A stretch of 64,000 nucleotides of DNA from Octopus bimaculoides. Lineage: Eukaryota. Position 1 is the first letter of the stretch, and each line of letters starts with the position of its first letter. The position numbers and the translations under genes are program-made. Below are positions 40,329 through 53,820 of the stretch, piece after piece. The DNA is taken from assembly GCF_001194135.2 (NCBI RefSeq), contig NC_068993.1:14665682-14729681 (forward strand), written 5' to 3'. The notes beneath the pieces were generated by a model, which saw only the letters and a program-made list of their open reading frames with translations, had not been told where the DNA came from and ran no database searches.

Positions 40329-40581
40329 CAAACAAAGCATGCAATTTTTTTATAAATACAGAGTGTGCATAGATAAAATATAAAAATTCACCCGGCTGTT
40401 TCAACGCTCCATTGTTCGATTTCAGATCATAAAATTTTAAAGAAATGTTTACGTATACACTGAAATGGAAACTGAATATTTTTGCATTGTTTCAACACGG
40501 AAGGAATTGAACTTTAGATACAGTCGAACAATTTAATCCTGTTTAAAAGAAGTTTTCTACTAAGAGGCAGTGGAATCATAC

Positions 40582-40783
40582 GTTGGACAGTAAAATATAT
40601 TGTCGCTCATACACATATGATGTTGCTAGTGGCAACTTATATACCAGATTCTTCACCCGACCACTTTCAACCTTTGTTTGGTACCCGGTCGAGTCTTCAG
40701 CCTGTGGATATGTACTCATTTCATTTGTTCGCGCAAATGGAGTATTGATAAGAAACTTATGTCGCATAAAACTGTGGCCAAAC
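40582..40783 (-). CDS. Weak candidate 202-nt exon (phase 2 to phase 0): FGHSFMRHKFLINTPFARTNEMSTYPQAEDSTGYQTKVESGRVKNLVYKLPLATSYVYERQYILLSN
   Basis: Acceptor TTTACTATTATTAG|, donor AAC|GTATGA, 67 open codons, locally higher GC than the flanks. Not phase-compatible with the 32793 exon in that exon's fully open frame. Confidence 0.2.
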
Positions 40784-41934
40784 CTAATAATAGTAAATTG
40801 AGTTATTGAGTAACAAATATAGCCTCTGGCTTGTAAACGATTATATAGTTAATACTTCCAAATGCACTTTGTATTGCTGATAAATAATAACAGTGAACTA
40901 TGTAAACACACAACATACAGAAAGATTAGCTGTAAAGTATCGATTGCATCATTTTGCTTCTAAATAAATAAATAATTTAAATTAAGTTTACGATGGCAGA
41001 ATTGTTCGAAGTTATAAACTATTATTTTATGTTTCTTCAATAATCTTAGCTAATTCTTCGTCACTTTTAGTTTTTCTTTGATCTGACCTCATCTACTTTA
41101 CACACATTTAGATATTTCATCTTGCGTTTCTGTATATTTTTGCTTGTTATTATTTCTTGTTATTTGATTTCGCTTAGCAACATTCATATTTTATTTGTTT
41201 ACTTGTAGACATTTTCGCTGCTACTTACTCGTCAGATATTCAGTTTTACATAATATACTGTTCTAGTTACCAAACAAACAACAACAAAAAAATGATATTG
41301 CCAGAGTAAACTGATTGTACTGATTTCATTAACACATCTGTAATCGTGGTCACGACCAGAATTGTTCAAACAGCTATATCTCGTTAGGTTTTCATTTCCT
41401 ATATTTTATTACTTTGTATTCAAAGCAAATAGACGTTATTATCACTACAAAGAGAATGTAATATATTCGTAAAGGAAAATCGACAAGACTTTGAGAAGTT
41501 GATATAGAGCACTAATTAGAAATACAGTATAATATGATTCATTAACTAAATGGATCTTATGTGATATTGCATACTGGAACTTTTGTCTGAAGTTAGCGTT
41601 TTACTTTAAACAGCACAAATAATACAACTATTGGGGTGTTACTAAATACAAAACATAGACTGTAGATGGAAAATAAGCAAAGTGCCAAGGTAAGGGCCAA
41701 TTTTTCGTCTGCAATCCTTCCTTGTATGTTATTTATGTTATTTAGAAATAACAGATAGGAACAGGCTCAATTAAAATTGATTACATAGATTGTATTTTAT
41801 GATCAATAAGTTATAATTTGTTAGTTATTAAAAGCGTGGTAAAGAATGATGCAAAGAGTAAAACTGCAGTTACTCAATCCACATTGCAACTTCAGGTTTA
41901 TTCCTGTAATTATTGAGGCTCTGGGATTTGTTTA

Positions 41935-42012
41935 GGTGCCGTGCAGTGGGACTGAACTCTAAACGAGTGATTGCAAAACAAGCTCCTAAACCATGCAGCC
42001 AGACCTGTGCTT
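41935..42012 (-). mobile_element. SINE family B, head fragment
   Basis: GGTGCCGTGCAGTGGGACTGAAC..CAAGCTCCTAAACCA. Confidence 0.55.
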
Positions 42013-42618
42013 GTAATGAAAACTTTATTATATATTTTATTATTGTTCCGTTCTAAATAGAGTTTATTTCGAAAATATGTTTCATAGAAAATATAATATA
42101 TATTTGATTCGATATAGGTGTATATTTAATACATAAAATTAAACCTAAAAGCTGTTGTGTCTGCAATTCAAATGGCATAAACATATGGGTCATACATAGA
42201 ATATTTAACTTGTCTTCCTGATATTTTAATAAAACTTCACTGGTGATACGTAGTTCAAAATTGGTCATTAATCATGGATAAAAGTTACAAAGCAAACGAT
42301 ATATCTGTCAAACTAAATTACGGCTTATGTATATGGAAGCTTTTATGCATCCGTCTAAATAAAAACGAATTATGATATATGCAAAACTCAAAACATACAC
42401 ATAACTGCATTCACATGCAGACGTACGCATACAGACACACAGGCACACACGCGCGCACATATACACACACAGAGACATACATGCGCGCACATATACACAC
42501 ACAGAGACATACACCGGGTGCTTCTTTGAATGTGTGTGCAATAGGCATCTCTATATATGCATATCCGTAATGTACGTATATAGACATGCATACACTCAGA
42601 AACACGTGGATATAAGAC

Positions 42619-42656
<38 letters not shown>

Positions 42657-44671
42657 ACACACATACATACACGCGCACATACACATAGAGATGTATATCT
42701 GTGTATTAAGTAGAAATACAAACATCATAAACAAATATAAACNNNNNNNNNNNNNNNNNNNNNNNNNNNNNNNNNNNNNNNNNNNNNNNNNNNNNNNNNN
42801 NNNNNNNNNNNNNNNNNNNNNNNNNNNNNNNNNNNNNNNNNNNNNNNNNNNNNNNNNNNNNNNNNNNNNNNNNNNNNNNNNNNNNNNNNNNNNNNNNNNN
42901 NNNNNNNNNNNNNNNNNNNNNNNNNNNNNNNNNNNNNNNNNNNNNNNNNNNNNNNNNNNNNNNNNNNNNNNNNNNNNNNNNNNNNNNNNNNNNNNNNNNN
43001 NNNNNNNNNNNNNNNNNNNNNNNNNNNNNNNNNNNNNNNNNNNNNNNATATATATATAAATATGCATATATAGGTATGCGTGTGTAGTAGGGGGTATTTG
43101 TGATTGTGTGGTGTATGTAATATGTCTGATAGTTCGTTGGGAGGGGGTTAAAATCATAATTCGGATTTAAAGTAATCCTGGTGTGACGTAGGCAATTTTA
43201 TATTGTCTAGCATTCTCTGAAGTGTCAATTCCTCAATTAGATTTTTAGCTTCCGTTGTCACTTCAATGAGAATTTCACACGATGTTAGATATCCATGAAT
43301 ATTTAAAAGCCTTATTCATATTCAGAATATATATGTACGTGGATTTATGTATGCATGTATATCAATGAAAATTATACATATATCGTGTAGGTGAGTTCGT
43401 ATTTATGGTTGCGTGAATTGTTCAAATGGATGCTAATATGCATCGAGTTTATATAGAATTATATTTGAACCGTGCTTCAGTTATTTCTTTTCTTTGTTAT
43501 TTATTCTGTTAACCTCCATTAAAATGACAATTTAAATGGTTGTATATTTATTTGAACTTTCCCCATAATAAATACGGGGAGAAAAAACTGAAAGGAAAAT
43601 AATTGCCAGAAAAAATATCAAAAGAAAATCGAGTTATTAAAATATGTTTACAAAATAACGATGAAACTATTGTATGAATGTAAAATTTAGTGTATATAAA
43701 ATGTCAATTTGTCTATAGTTTAGATTTGTTTTATGCATTTTGTTTAGCTTTTTATATGTCTGCTGTTTAATTATGAAGACAGGAACGTTCAGAATTTTAT
43801 GTCAAATGAGACGCTGTTTGTAATCGGATTCGGTAAATACAACCTAGCATACAGCATGAAGCTATATTTCCTGTGAGTGACGTAAATCATAGAAGAGGGA
43901 AAATATATGAGCGTCACAGTTTTCACTGTTTATCAAATAAACATTTCTAAATAAGAAAGGAGTATTATTTGATAGGATTACTCATCAAATTATTTCAACT
44001 CATTTCTCGAGACGAAAAAAAGTCTGAAAAACTTTCATAACCGGATATAATGTAGTTGACTTTGTGTTGGTCTCCAGTGTAGGTAAAAGAAATATGGCAT
44101 CCCTAACAAATGCAGAGTAAATAACTTGACAATTAATTTATTGATTGTTGTTGATAAAAGCATAGGCAAATTATTATATTCTCTGTGTGTGTGTATATGT
44201 ATATACATACACAGATGTAATATTATTGTTCTTTATAGGAATAATAAAGTGTCTAGCAAGTTCACACCTTTACAGGTACAATATAAAGTAAATTAGGATT
44301 CAGTAAGATATATAACGCCATTTACTAAGATCAGAGCCGTTGCTCTAAAAACTACCATAAAACTGACGATAAAGATACACACGTGCAATGCAATGAACAT
44401 ATGAGAAGTAGGCTTACCTTTGCGTTGAAAACATCAATAGGTAATGTATATTTCAATATCAATCGATTTCACGCTTTGCACCAGAAACATACTTTGGGAT
44501 CTTCAGTTGAAAATAACATTTTAATATCTATTTCTAAAATATTCACTATGTTAGCTCGTGTGCGTTCCTTACTCTAAACGTACCACTCCTTTTAAAAGGA
44601 ACTATCGTGGACAAGAAAAAGTTTCATAAAAAGTATTATTAACGTTATTTATAGTAATATAGGGAAGACAT

Positions 44672-45020
44672 GGTCCCAGGTTTGGTTACACTGTGTGGCG
44701 ACTTGAGCAAGTTTCTTCTACTATATAGCCTCGGGTCGACCAAAGGCTAGCGAGTCGATTTCTTAGACATGCATATTATATGTGTGTACGCATGTATATT
44801 TGAGTGAATGTATATGTGTGTGAGTGTTGTTTGTTTTTCTCCATCCATCACTTGACAACCAATGTCAGTTTGTTTATGTCCCCGTATCTTAGCGGTTCGG
44901 CAAAAGAGTTGATACAATAAGTACTAGGCTTACAAAGAATAAGTACTGGGGTCGATTTCTTCGACTAAAAGCAGTTCTCCAGCATGGCCGCAGTCAAATG
45001 ACTAAAACAAGTAAAAGAAT
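44672..45020 (+). mobile_element. SINE family B, near full length, with internal (TA/TG)n tract
   Basis: 5' part ..CTTGAGCAAGTTTCTTCTACTATA..GCCTCGGGTCGACCAAAG, internal microsatellite, then 3' part CTTGACAACC..TTAGCGGTTCGGCAAAAGAG..GGGGTCGATTT..CCAGCATGGCCGCAGTCAAATGACT.AAACAAGTAAAAGA. Confidence 0.85.
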
Positions 45021-45084
45021 GTGTATATATACGCATACATACACACGCCACACGCGGATATAGGTATATATATAGCGAGAATTC

Positions 45085-45240
45085 ACAAAACAAAAACAGA
45101 AGACGAAGACAGGTGGTGTAGACAACAAACATATACATTAGTATAACACTCGGGGAAGGAAAAAGTATTTAACGTTTCGAGCCTACGCTCTTCCGCAGAA
45201 AGGAACACAGAAAGAAACAAGGAGAGAAAAAAGAGACGCC
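45085..45240 (-). mobile_element. Dispersed PLE-end-like repeat with a hammerhead-like motif (copy 2)
   Basis: The reverse complement aligns with 57250-57370 (GAAGAGCGTAGGCTCGAAACGT...CCGAG..TT..ACTAAT...TGTTGT.TACAC). Motif at 45167-45201. Confidence 0.55.
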
Positions 45241-45241
45241 T

Positions 45242-45306
<65 letters not shown>

Positions 45307-45307
45307 C

Positions 45308-45364
<57 letters not shown>
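45241..45364 (+). repeat. (TAGA)n microsatellite
   Basis: Direct reading. Confidence 0.95.
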
Positions 45365-46319
45365 CATTATAGCTGTAGACATATGAACGTAATCTAAAGA
45401 AGTTTTGGCTGTCATAGACCAGCGACAGATTAACGAAGAATGGTAAATATGAAACGGAAACCGGTGTATATAGTTATTCCCAGCGATACTAAAACATATG
45501 TGATAAAGGAATTCGCATTTGAGAATTAAATTTAATAGCAGGAAAGTCTTAAAATTAAGTAAATATATTTATATATAAAACCTGTTTTCTTTCGAATAAA
45601 TTTGGAGAATTTTATGCATCTACATATTATTAAAGCGCAATGCCATTTTCAAAAGCTTTTAATATCACAGATAAAATTACTTCTGTTAAAAAAACTATTT
45701 GTGGCTTTCAATATCATATTTATTTTCAAGAATATTTTGTCCTTCTTCACTGTTAAATCGTGTCCTGCTTACTTATCACATATTAGTTTAATTTTCTAGC
45801 ATGTTATACATTTTACCTGTTAGACTTTTCGATAATACGATGAATCGAATATATATTAATTGCTACAGTAAATTACAATGATGACTATTTAATATATAAA
45901 TAGAAACTTGCATTCTTAAATCACGGGTGCAATAGTGAGTGGACCGATCGCATTTCTGAGAATGTTTTAAGAGTTTCAGGACACAACGAAACAACCGACG
46001 GAAATAGTACCAGGTTTCAATTCATATTGTACTATTTAAATCAATGTTACCTCCATAAATATGTCAGAGGGTATAAGTATACTTCACATCAGCCAGTTTC
46101 TATCATTTTCTTCTTGTCACAGTTGAAATATTCTGGCCTCTATTATCTGGAATGTTTTGATGAGTTTCTCTTTTCTCTTCTGGCCTATGGCCACTTGTGT
46201 ACGTTTTCCAAGAGCTATTGACAAACTGATTTAGGAACTACTTCAACAAGATGTGAGTCATATTCGTGTTTGTAGCTAGTAAGCCTGGTTGCTGATATAT
46301 AATTCCACGTCAAAATTTT

Positions 46320-46695
46320 GTCGCCAAAGTAGGCATTTCGTCCAACTTTACGTCCTGAGCAGAAATTCCGCTGAGCTCAAGTTCGCCTTTCATAATTTCG
46401 TAATCAATGAAATAAATACCAGTTGATGACAGGGGTTACTTTAGTCCACTGACCCCTCCCCTAAAACTGCTGCCCTGACAGAAAGAATAGCAATTAGCAG
46501 TCAAAATAGTTAGCACGCCGGGAAAAATGCGTTGTGGCACTTCGTCCACCTTTACGTTGTGAGTTCAAATTCTGACACGATGGACTTTCCCTTTCATACT
46601 TCCAAGATCATGGGATGGTGGTTAGTTGGTTTCAATGTAATCAACTAAACTTGTCATCTAAAATGTGTTGGCCTTGTGCCAAGATTTGAAATGAA
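46320..46695 (+). mobile_element. Two tandem degenerate family A SINEs (about 46320-46475 and 46495-46695)
   Basis: GCATTTCGTCC..TTTACGT..TGAG..AAATTC..TTTCATA appears twice; the second copy ends in GGCCTTGTGCCAAGATTTGAAA. Confidence 0.65.
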
Positions 46696-47315
46696 GATTT
46701 TGTGACAGAGCTATGTTATTTTCATTACCAACTCATTAAATTTATAGACGACGCGCAAACGGCGTGTGATATCTGAAATAAAGCTTTATTCTTCTCATGA
46801 ATGAATAATTAATTACAGCAGTAGATATATAATCATTTTCTGGACGCGGGCAGATTTTCAATTTCAATAAGTAGAAAAGCATTTTTCTTGAAAATAATTG
46901 TTATTGGCATTAATGTAGTTCTCATTCTCATTAGATTATAAAATTTCCTTTAAATTATTGTGAGTAAAAAATGTGGCACCCAAAATGCAAATGAGGGGTT
47001 TAATTCTAAGTAGTTATGGTTGGTTTTAGCAATACATCGGCCATCGTGATAATAATCATGGTAAATATATATCTTAGGCTTGTTATGCTTACAACTGCTT
47101 CATCTGGTGCAATCAAAATGAGTTAAACATTAATAAGTAACGATATTCAACAAAATGGGATTTCTGAGGTAAACGACAAGTGTTTATAACAGTTAAGAAT
47201 GCTAAGATATTGGAAAATTGCTTGCTGTTACGAATCTCGTAACGAATGAGCATATCTCCATAACTATGGGTTTGTGTGTATTTCTCGTAGTGTGTTGTCA
47301 GTGTGAGGCAATGCG

Positions 47316-47352
<37 letters not shown>

Positions 47353-48295
47353 TTATACATGTANNNNNNNNNNTATATATATATATATATATATATATGC
47401 ATACATCTGTACACGCATATATGAATAGATAAATATATAAGTATGTATATATGAGTGTTTATGTATGTATATATATGTGAGTGTATGGGTATATAAAAAT
47501 AAGTATGTATGTATGCGTATATGTATGTATAAGTATGTGTATGTATGAATATATGTATGTATGTGTATGTATGTATGTATGTATGTATGTTTGTATGTAT
47601 GTATATTAAAAGAGAGAGAGAAAGAGGGAGAGAGTATATGAACTTGATAATTGGAAAGAATGAAATAGGAAGTAACAAGTAAACACGAAGAATGATAGAG
47701 GATTATCAAGGGGAAATCTAAATATACGGAAAAGAATTACCTCCTACATTAAATACATGTGATAGAAGAGAGGAGAGACAGAGAACAGAGAGAGAGAGAG
47801 AGCGGGGAGGGGGGAACTTTAATGTAGATATACTGAGATAGAGAATCAGATTAAAGGGACTTATTGAGAAAAATGAATGATATTGAAACAACGCATTAGA
47901 AGACGGTGAAACAGATGATAGGAAACATATATAAAAAAATATGAATGTAATGAACACATGGATGTTGTACATGATTGTTGAATCAGTTTTAGGAATTTCC
48001 AAGCTGCCAAAAAGGAGCCAGAATGTCGAGAACATAATGGGAATTAACCAACCATACTGGAATTAATTGCAGTCAAGCTGAAAATATTCTCTCTGTATTA
48101 ATCCAGCATTACATTCTTAACCATTATATTATGCCATTAGGACTGATTTTTGTTTCATTTTTTGTTTGTGTGTTTATGCTCTTTTTTTCGCTGTGGTTGT
48201 TGTTCTTGTTCGTGTTGTTGTTGCAATGGTGATGATGGTGGCAGCGAATAATGTTGTTACATATTTATGTTATTTTCTTAAAGATTTCCTACATA

Positions 48296-48297
<2 letters not shown>

Positions 48298-48328
<31 letters not shown>

Positions 48329-48870
48329 CTTCTTCTTCTTCTTCTTCTTCTTCTTCTTCTTCTNNNNNNNNNNNNNNNNNNNNNNNNNNNNNNNNNNNNN
48401 NNNNNNNNNNNNNNNNNNNNNNNNNNNNNNNNNNNNNNNNNNNNNNNNNNNNNNNNNNNNNNNNNNNNNNNNNNNNNNNNNNNNNNNNNNNNNNNNNNNN
48501 NNNNNNNNNNNNNNNNNNNNNNNNNNNNNNNNNNNNNNNNNNNNNNNNNNNNNNNNNNNNNNNNNNNNNNNNNNNNNNNNNNNNNNNNNNNNNNNNNNNN
48601 NNNNNNNNNNNNNNNNNNNNNNNNNNNNNNNNNNNNNNNNNNNNNNNNNNNNNNNNNNNNNNNNNCTCTCCTCCTTCAACACCACCACCACCACCACCAC
48701 CGCTGCCGACGACGACGACGACGCTGCAACGACCACGACCACCACCTCCTCATTCTCCTTCTTCTTTTTCTTCTTCTTCCTTTTCTTCTTCTTCTTCTTC
48801 TTCCCCTTCCTCATTCTTCTTCTTCTTCTTCTTCTCCTCCTTCTTCTTCGTCTCCTTCTCCTTCTTCTTC

Positions 48871-48902
<32 letters not shown>

Positions 48903-49545
48903 CTTCTTCTTCTTCTTCTTCTTCTTCTCCTCCTTCTCCACCTCCTCCCACCGCTGCTACTTATACTCGGCGTGTTCTTAACATGTTCATTTGTGCTTCT
49001 ATTATTCCTCATTTGTTGCTTTGTGGAACGAGGAAGGAATCGCAATAAGTGGTAAAGCTTCTTAATGAGCAATCATTATTGTTGTGGTAGTGTTCGAGGT
49101 GGCGGTGGCGACGGTGTTTGACGCACTGTAATCGTTATTGTTTAGTGATAGTTAAATAAACTTCTTTGTAATACGTTTAATCCATTTCAAAACTGACAAA
49201 TATCGATTAAAGTGCAACTCGAATATTATTTATTATAGTGCCATGCACTACTACTACTACTACTACCAGTGTTGCTGCTGCTGCTGCTACCACTAGTGCT
49301 ACTACTCCCACTACTGCTGCTGAGGCTGCCATTGCTGCTACTACTACTTCTACTACTACTACTGCTGCTACTGCTGCTGCTGCTGCTGTTTGCACTTCTA
49401 CTAGAAGTAGTAGTAGTAGTAATAATAGTAGTAGTAGTGACAGCAGCATCAGTGGTAGGAGTAGTGGCAGCGGCTGCAGTAGTAGCAGCAGCAGCAGCAG
49501 CAGTAGTAGTGGTAGTAGTAGTAGTAGTAGTAGTAGTAGTTGTTG
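48298..49545 (+). repeat. Cluster of (TTC)n, (ACC)n, (GAC)n, (CTA/CTG)n and (TAG/CAG)n microsatellites
   Basis: Direct reading; source of the poly-S/L/A/T/V ORFs at 48166-49839. Confidence 0.9.
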
Positions 49546-50049
49546 TCTGTCATAGAAGGGGGGTGACGACAAGGAGTAGAGGGCAGAGCTGTTACAGTGA
49601 TAGAAGTCGGGGAAAAAATAGCAATGTTTACTGTTGTTGTTGGTAGTAATTGTGGTTGTGGTCTTAAACGATTCGAAACCAATGATAAAAAAAAAAAACA
49701 AAGAAAAAAACAAAATCGTCCGAGCGTTAAATAAATAGAACAAGCGTGAAAAGTGGATCCCGATAGCAAATTTGTAGAGAAGGTAAAGGTCAACGCCAAA
49801 ATATAAGTCCTCAATAGCTACATGAGCAGAGTTTATCACCCATCATATGTTCTCTTTCTGTGTATCTCTTTTCTACTCGCACTCTGTCTTTTTTTTCTCT
49901 GTCTCTTACGGTACACTAACCCCGCACGCATGTAATAACAATGCATCCCGGCCTTGCCACGTTGTTATGACCTACAGCCACATTGTATAATTTGATCCTT
50001 TCTTATGGGCAGAATCGGCACAGCTGATATATAATATAGAAGTCACTGT

Positions 50050-50109
<60 letters not shown>

Positions 50110-50134
50110 NNNNNNNNNNNNNNNNNNNNNNNNN

Positions 50135-50171
<37 letters not shown>

Positions 50172-50174
<3 letters not shown>

Positions 50175-50332
50175 GACGGGCTTCTTTCAGTTACCGTCTA
50201 TTAAATCCACTGACAAGGCTTTGGTCAACCCGAGAATATAGTAGAAGATACATGCTCAATGTACCATGCAATGGGACTGAACCCAGAACCATGTGGTTGG
50301 GAAACATGCTTCTTACCACGGAACCACGCCTG
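50172..50332 (-). mobile_element. SINE family B, 5' half
   Basis: ACGACGGGCTTCTTTCAGTT.CCGTCT..AAATCCACT.ACAAGGCTTTGGTC..TGGGACTGAACCCAGAACCATGTGGTTGGGAA..GCTTCTTACCAC. Confidence 0.85.
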
Positions 50333-52100
50333 CGGCAATTGCAGCTAATCTGCCATATGTACCACAACTGGTTGGAAGCTCCACTTGATAGTTGTAGTAT
50401 ATATTTCAGATTAGCTGCAAGATGTAGATTAAACGTGACATGAACAAAAGGGAAGAGAGACGGACAGAAGCTTCTCCACAGAATAGATGTCCTGTTATAT
50501 GTTTAAAAATGGATATTGATAATTATTATGTTTGTGATCCTGCTGATCAAAAATTTAATATCAAACATTATGCTGCTGAATGCATGAGAATTTGGTCCCA
50601 ATCGGATCAAATGCGAAAGAAAAAAATACATGGAATATTCATAGTTCAAGCTTATATGAAAGTATATTTTGTGATGCTGTTACTCTGCTCAGATATCAAA
50701 TTTCTGCAATCTTACTTTTGGAACAATATCAAAGACTTACGATAAAATATTTAACATAATCGGAGACTTGCTATAAATAAAAAAAACAACGTCGAAATTT
50801 ATAGAAGAATGAAACAATGATTGGAGATCTATAAATTTATGCATGAAAGTAAACATAAGCACATATAATAAAAACAACCTGAAAGTTTCACGAATGCCAC
50901 AACTGTGTATTATTATAATAGGAGCGGCGCACTGTGAAACATATATCAAAGAGAAATAATAATTATATATAATGCAACGCTACAGCTCATCAAGATCTCC
51001 ATCAACAACTCTGCTGCAACAAGAATGAAGAGACAAAAAATAGTTCATGGAATGTCATGTATTACACGAAACTTATTAATTTACTATAACAACCACTTAC
51101 TGTGCTATAGTAGAATATATACTGACTAGTGACTAACTAACTAATGGCTTTCGGATTTGTATTCAAAAAACGTGATTCTTTATTACATAGCAAACATCGA
51201 AACTTTATCTCTCGACAAATTCTTCTATGCAACGTGTGTGAAGGATGTGTTTCAGGTGTAATACGTTTGAAATTCTGATCCAGCTTTGCGCATCAATGTC
51301 AGACATAAATTAGCCAGTGCATAACGAATGTGATGGAAAATTATTCAAAGACACGCAATCCATTCCTCTAAAACCCAAATAAAGATGAAAATGCACAAAG
51401 TGTATGAACAGTCAAACATTTCCAATTCACCTAGGCACATTTTTACAGCTTTCACTCAACCCACAGCACTGGCTTGTCATTTAATTTTGCAGAAAACCAA
51501 AAACGAAAAACATATGAAATAAGAGAGATGAACGCCTAAAATTCGGGAGCGAATTAAAGACAAATAATATTCAAGCAGAAGGGATATTCAATATACATAC
51601 ATGCATACATGCATATATATATATATATATGCATGTAAATATATGTATATACATNNNNNNNNNNNNNNNNNNNNNNNNNNNNNNNNNNNNNNNNNNNNNN
51701 NNNNNNNNNNNNNNNNNNNNNNNNNNNNNNNNNNNNNNNNNNNNNNNNNNNNNNNNNNNNNNNNNNNNNNNNNNNNNNNNNNNNNNNNNNNNNNNNNNNN
51801 NNNNNNNNNNNNNNNNNNNNNNNNNNNNNNNNNNNNNNNNNNNNNNNNNNNNNNNNNNNNNNNNNNNNNNNNNNNNNNNNNNNNNNNNNNNNNNNNNNNN
51901 NNNNNNNNNNNNNNNNNNNNNNNNNNNNNNNNNNNNNNNNNNNNNNNNNNNNNNNNNNNNNNNNNNNNNNNNNNNNNNNNNNNNNNNNNNNNNNNNNNNN
52001 NNNNNNNNNNNNNNNNNNNNNNNNNNNNNNNNNNNNNNNNNNNNNNNNNNNNNNNNNNNNNNNNNNNNNNNATATATATGTATACATGTACATATATATG

Positions 52101-52131
<31 letters not shown>

Positions 52132-52904
52132 CTATATATGCATATATATGTGTGTGTGTGTGTGCGTGCGTGTGTATGAATATGTGTGTGTGTATGTGTG
52201 TGTATGTGTGTGTGAATGTATATATATTTATATATATAACGTGTAATATAAACAATTCGCATCAGGCGCAGTGTTACTCAATACATACAATTTCCAAGTA
52301 AAACCCAGTGGAAAAGTAATAAAAATTGATCTCTCCTCTGTAGCGTGAGATGAATGCATGGATGCATGAACGGGTAGACAACAAGAAACCAGTTAAAAAT
52401 ACAACACAATTTACTTCAGTTCATCTAACATCCAAGTCAGATAAATAACAGAAAACTACGTTAGAGCAACATGGAGAAAACGTTTTGGCTTTGCAATTTC
52501 TCTGCAATATATGCCGACGGGCTTTTGTGGTGTATTTTAATATCTCAAACTAATGGCTGAGACATTAGAATACACAAGCTATCGAGAATGCGCCAGCTCG
52601 TATCAGGTGATCAGCGTAAAGTTGTTTTTTACATACATATATGTATGTATAGATACATATACATATATGTAGGTAACGTATATACGTGTGCGTGTGAGTG
52701 TGTGTGTTTGCGAGTGTGTGCTTGTGTTTATGTAAATAGTATATTATAGACATATATTCAAATATGAAATCGAAGCAGCTCGAGGTATATGAACACAATC
52801 GAACACCTATAATGTGTATATTGATTTTCATGGCTCGGCTGCATTTTTTAGGGGTAGGAGAATATGCTTTTAACGGACCCGAAATACTTGAAAGAATGTC
52901 ATAT

Positions 52905-53032
52905 TCTTTTACATGTTTCAGTCATTTCGCTGTGGCCATGCTGGAGCACCGCGTTTAATCGAAGAAAATTACCTCAGCACTTATTCTTTTTAAGCATAGT
53001 ACTTATTCTATCGGTCTGTTTTGCCGAACTGC
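52905..53032 (-). mobile_element. SINE family B, 3' half
   Basis: CTTTTACATGTTTCAGTCATT..GTGGCCATGCTGGAGCACCGC..TAGTACTTATTCTATCGGTCTGTTTTGCCGAAC. Confidence 0.8.
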
Positions 53033-53781
53033 ATTATATATATATATATATATACATATATATNNNNNNNNNNNNNNNNNNNNNNNNNNNNNNNNNNNNN
53101 NNNNNNNNNNNNNNNNNNNNNNNNNNNNNNNNNNNNNNNNNNNNNNNNNNNNNNNNNNNNNNNNNNNNNNNNNNNNNNNNNNNNNNNNNNNNNNNNNNNN
53201 NNNNNNNNNNNNNNNNNNNNNNNNNNNNNNNNNNNNNNNNNNNNNNNNNNNNNNNNNNNNNNNNNNNNNNNNNNNNNNNNNNNNNNNNNNNNNNNNNNNN
53301 NNNNNNNNNNNNNNNNNNNNNNNNNNNNNNNNNNNNNNNNNNNNNNNNNNNNNNNNNNNNNNNNNNNNNNNNNNNNNNNNNNNNNNNNNNNNNNNNNNNN
53401 NNNNNNNNNNNNNNNNNNNNNNNNNNNNNNNNNNNNNNNNNNNNNNNNNNNNNNNNNNNNNNNNNNNNNNNNNNNNNNNNNNNNNNNNNNNNNNNNNNNN
53501 NNNNNNNNNNNNNNNNNNNNNNNNNNNNNNNNNNNNNNNNNNNNNNNNNNNNNNNNNNNNNNNNNNNNNNNNNNNNNNNNNNNNNNNNNNNNNNNNNNNN
53601 NNNNNNNNNNNNNNNNNNNNNNNNNNNNNNNNNNNNNNNNNNNNNNNNNNNNNNNNNNNNNNNNNNNNNNNNNNNNNNNNNNNNNNNNNNNNNNNNNNNN
53701 NNNNNNNNNNNNNNNNNNNNNNNNNNNNNNNNNNNNNNNNNNNNNNNNNNNNNNNNNNNNNNNNNNNNNNNNNNNNNNNNN

Positions 53782-53820
<39 letters not shown>

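Noticed and set aside
44418-44535. Strong minus-strand donor AAG|GTAAGC with upstream AG
   Set aside because: Stops in all frames with the plausible acceptors and no further support; it could only be UTR.
50440-50745. 101-aa non-repetitive ORF (MNKREERR...)
   Set aside because: No recognisable motif or splice borders; ORFs of this length are expected by chance over six frames of 64 kb.
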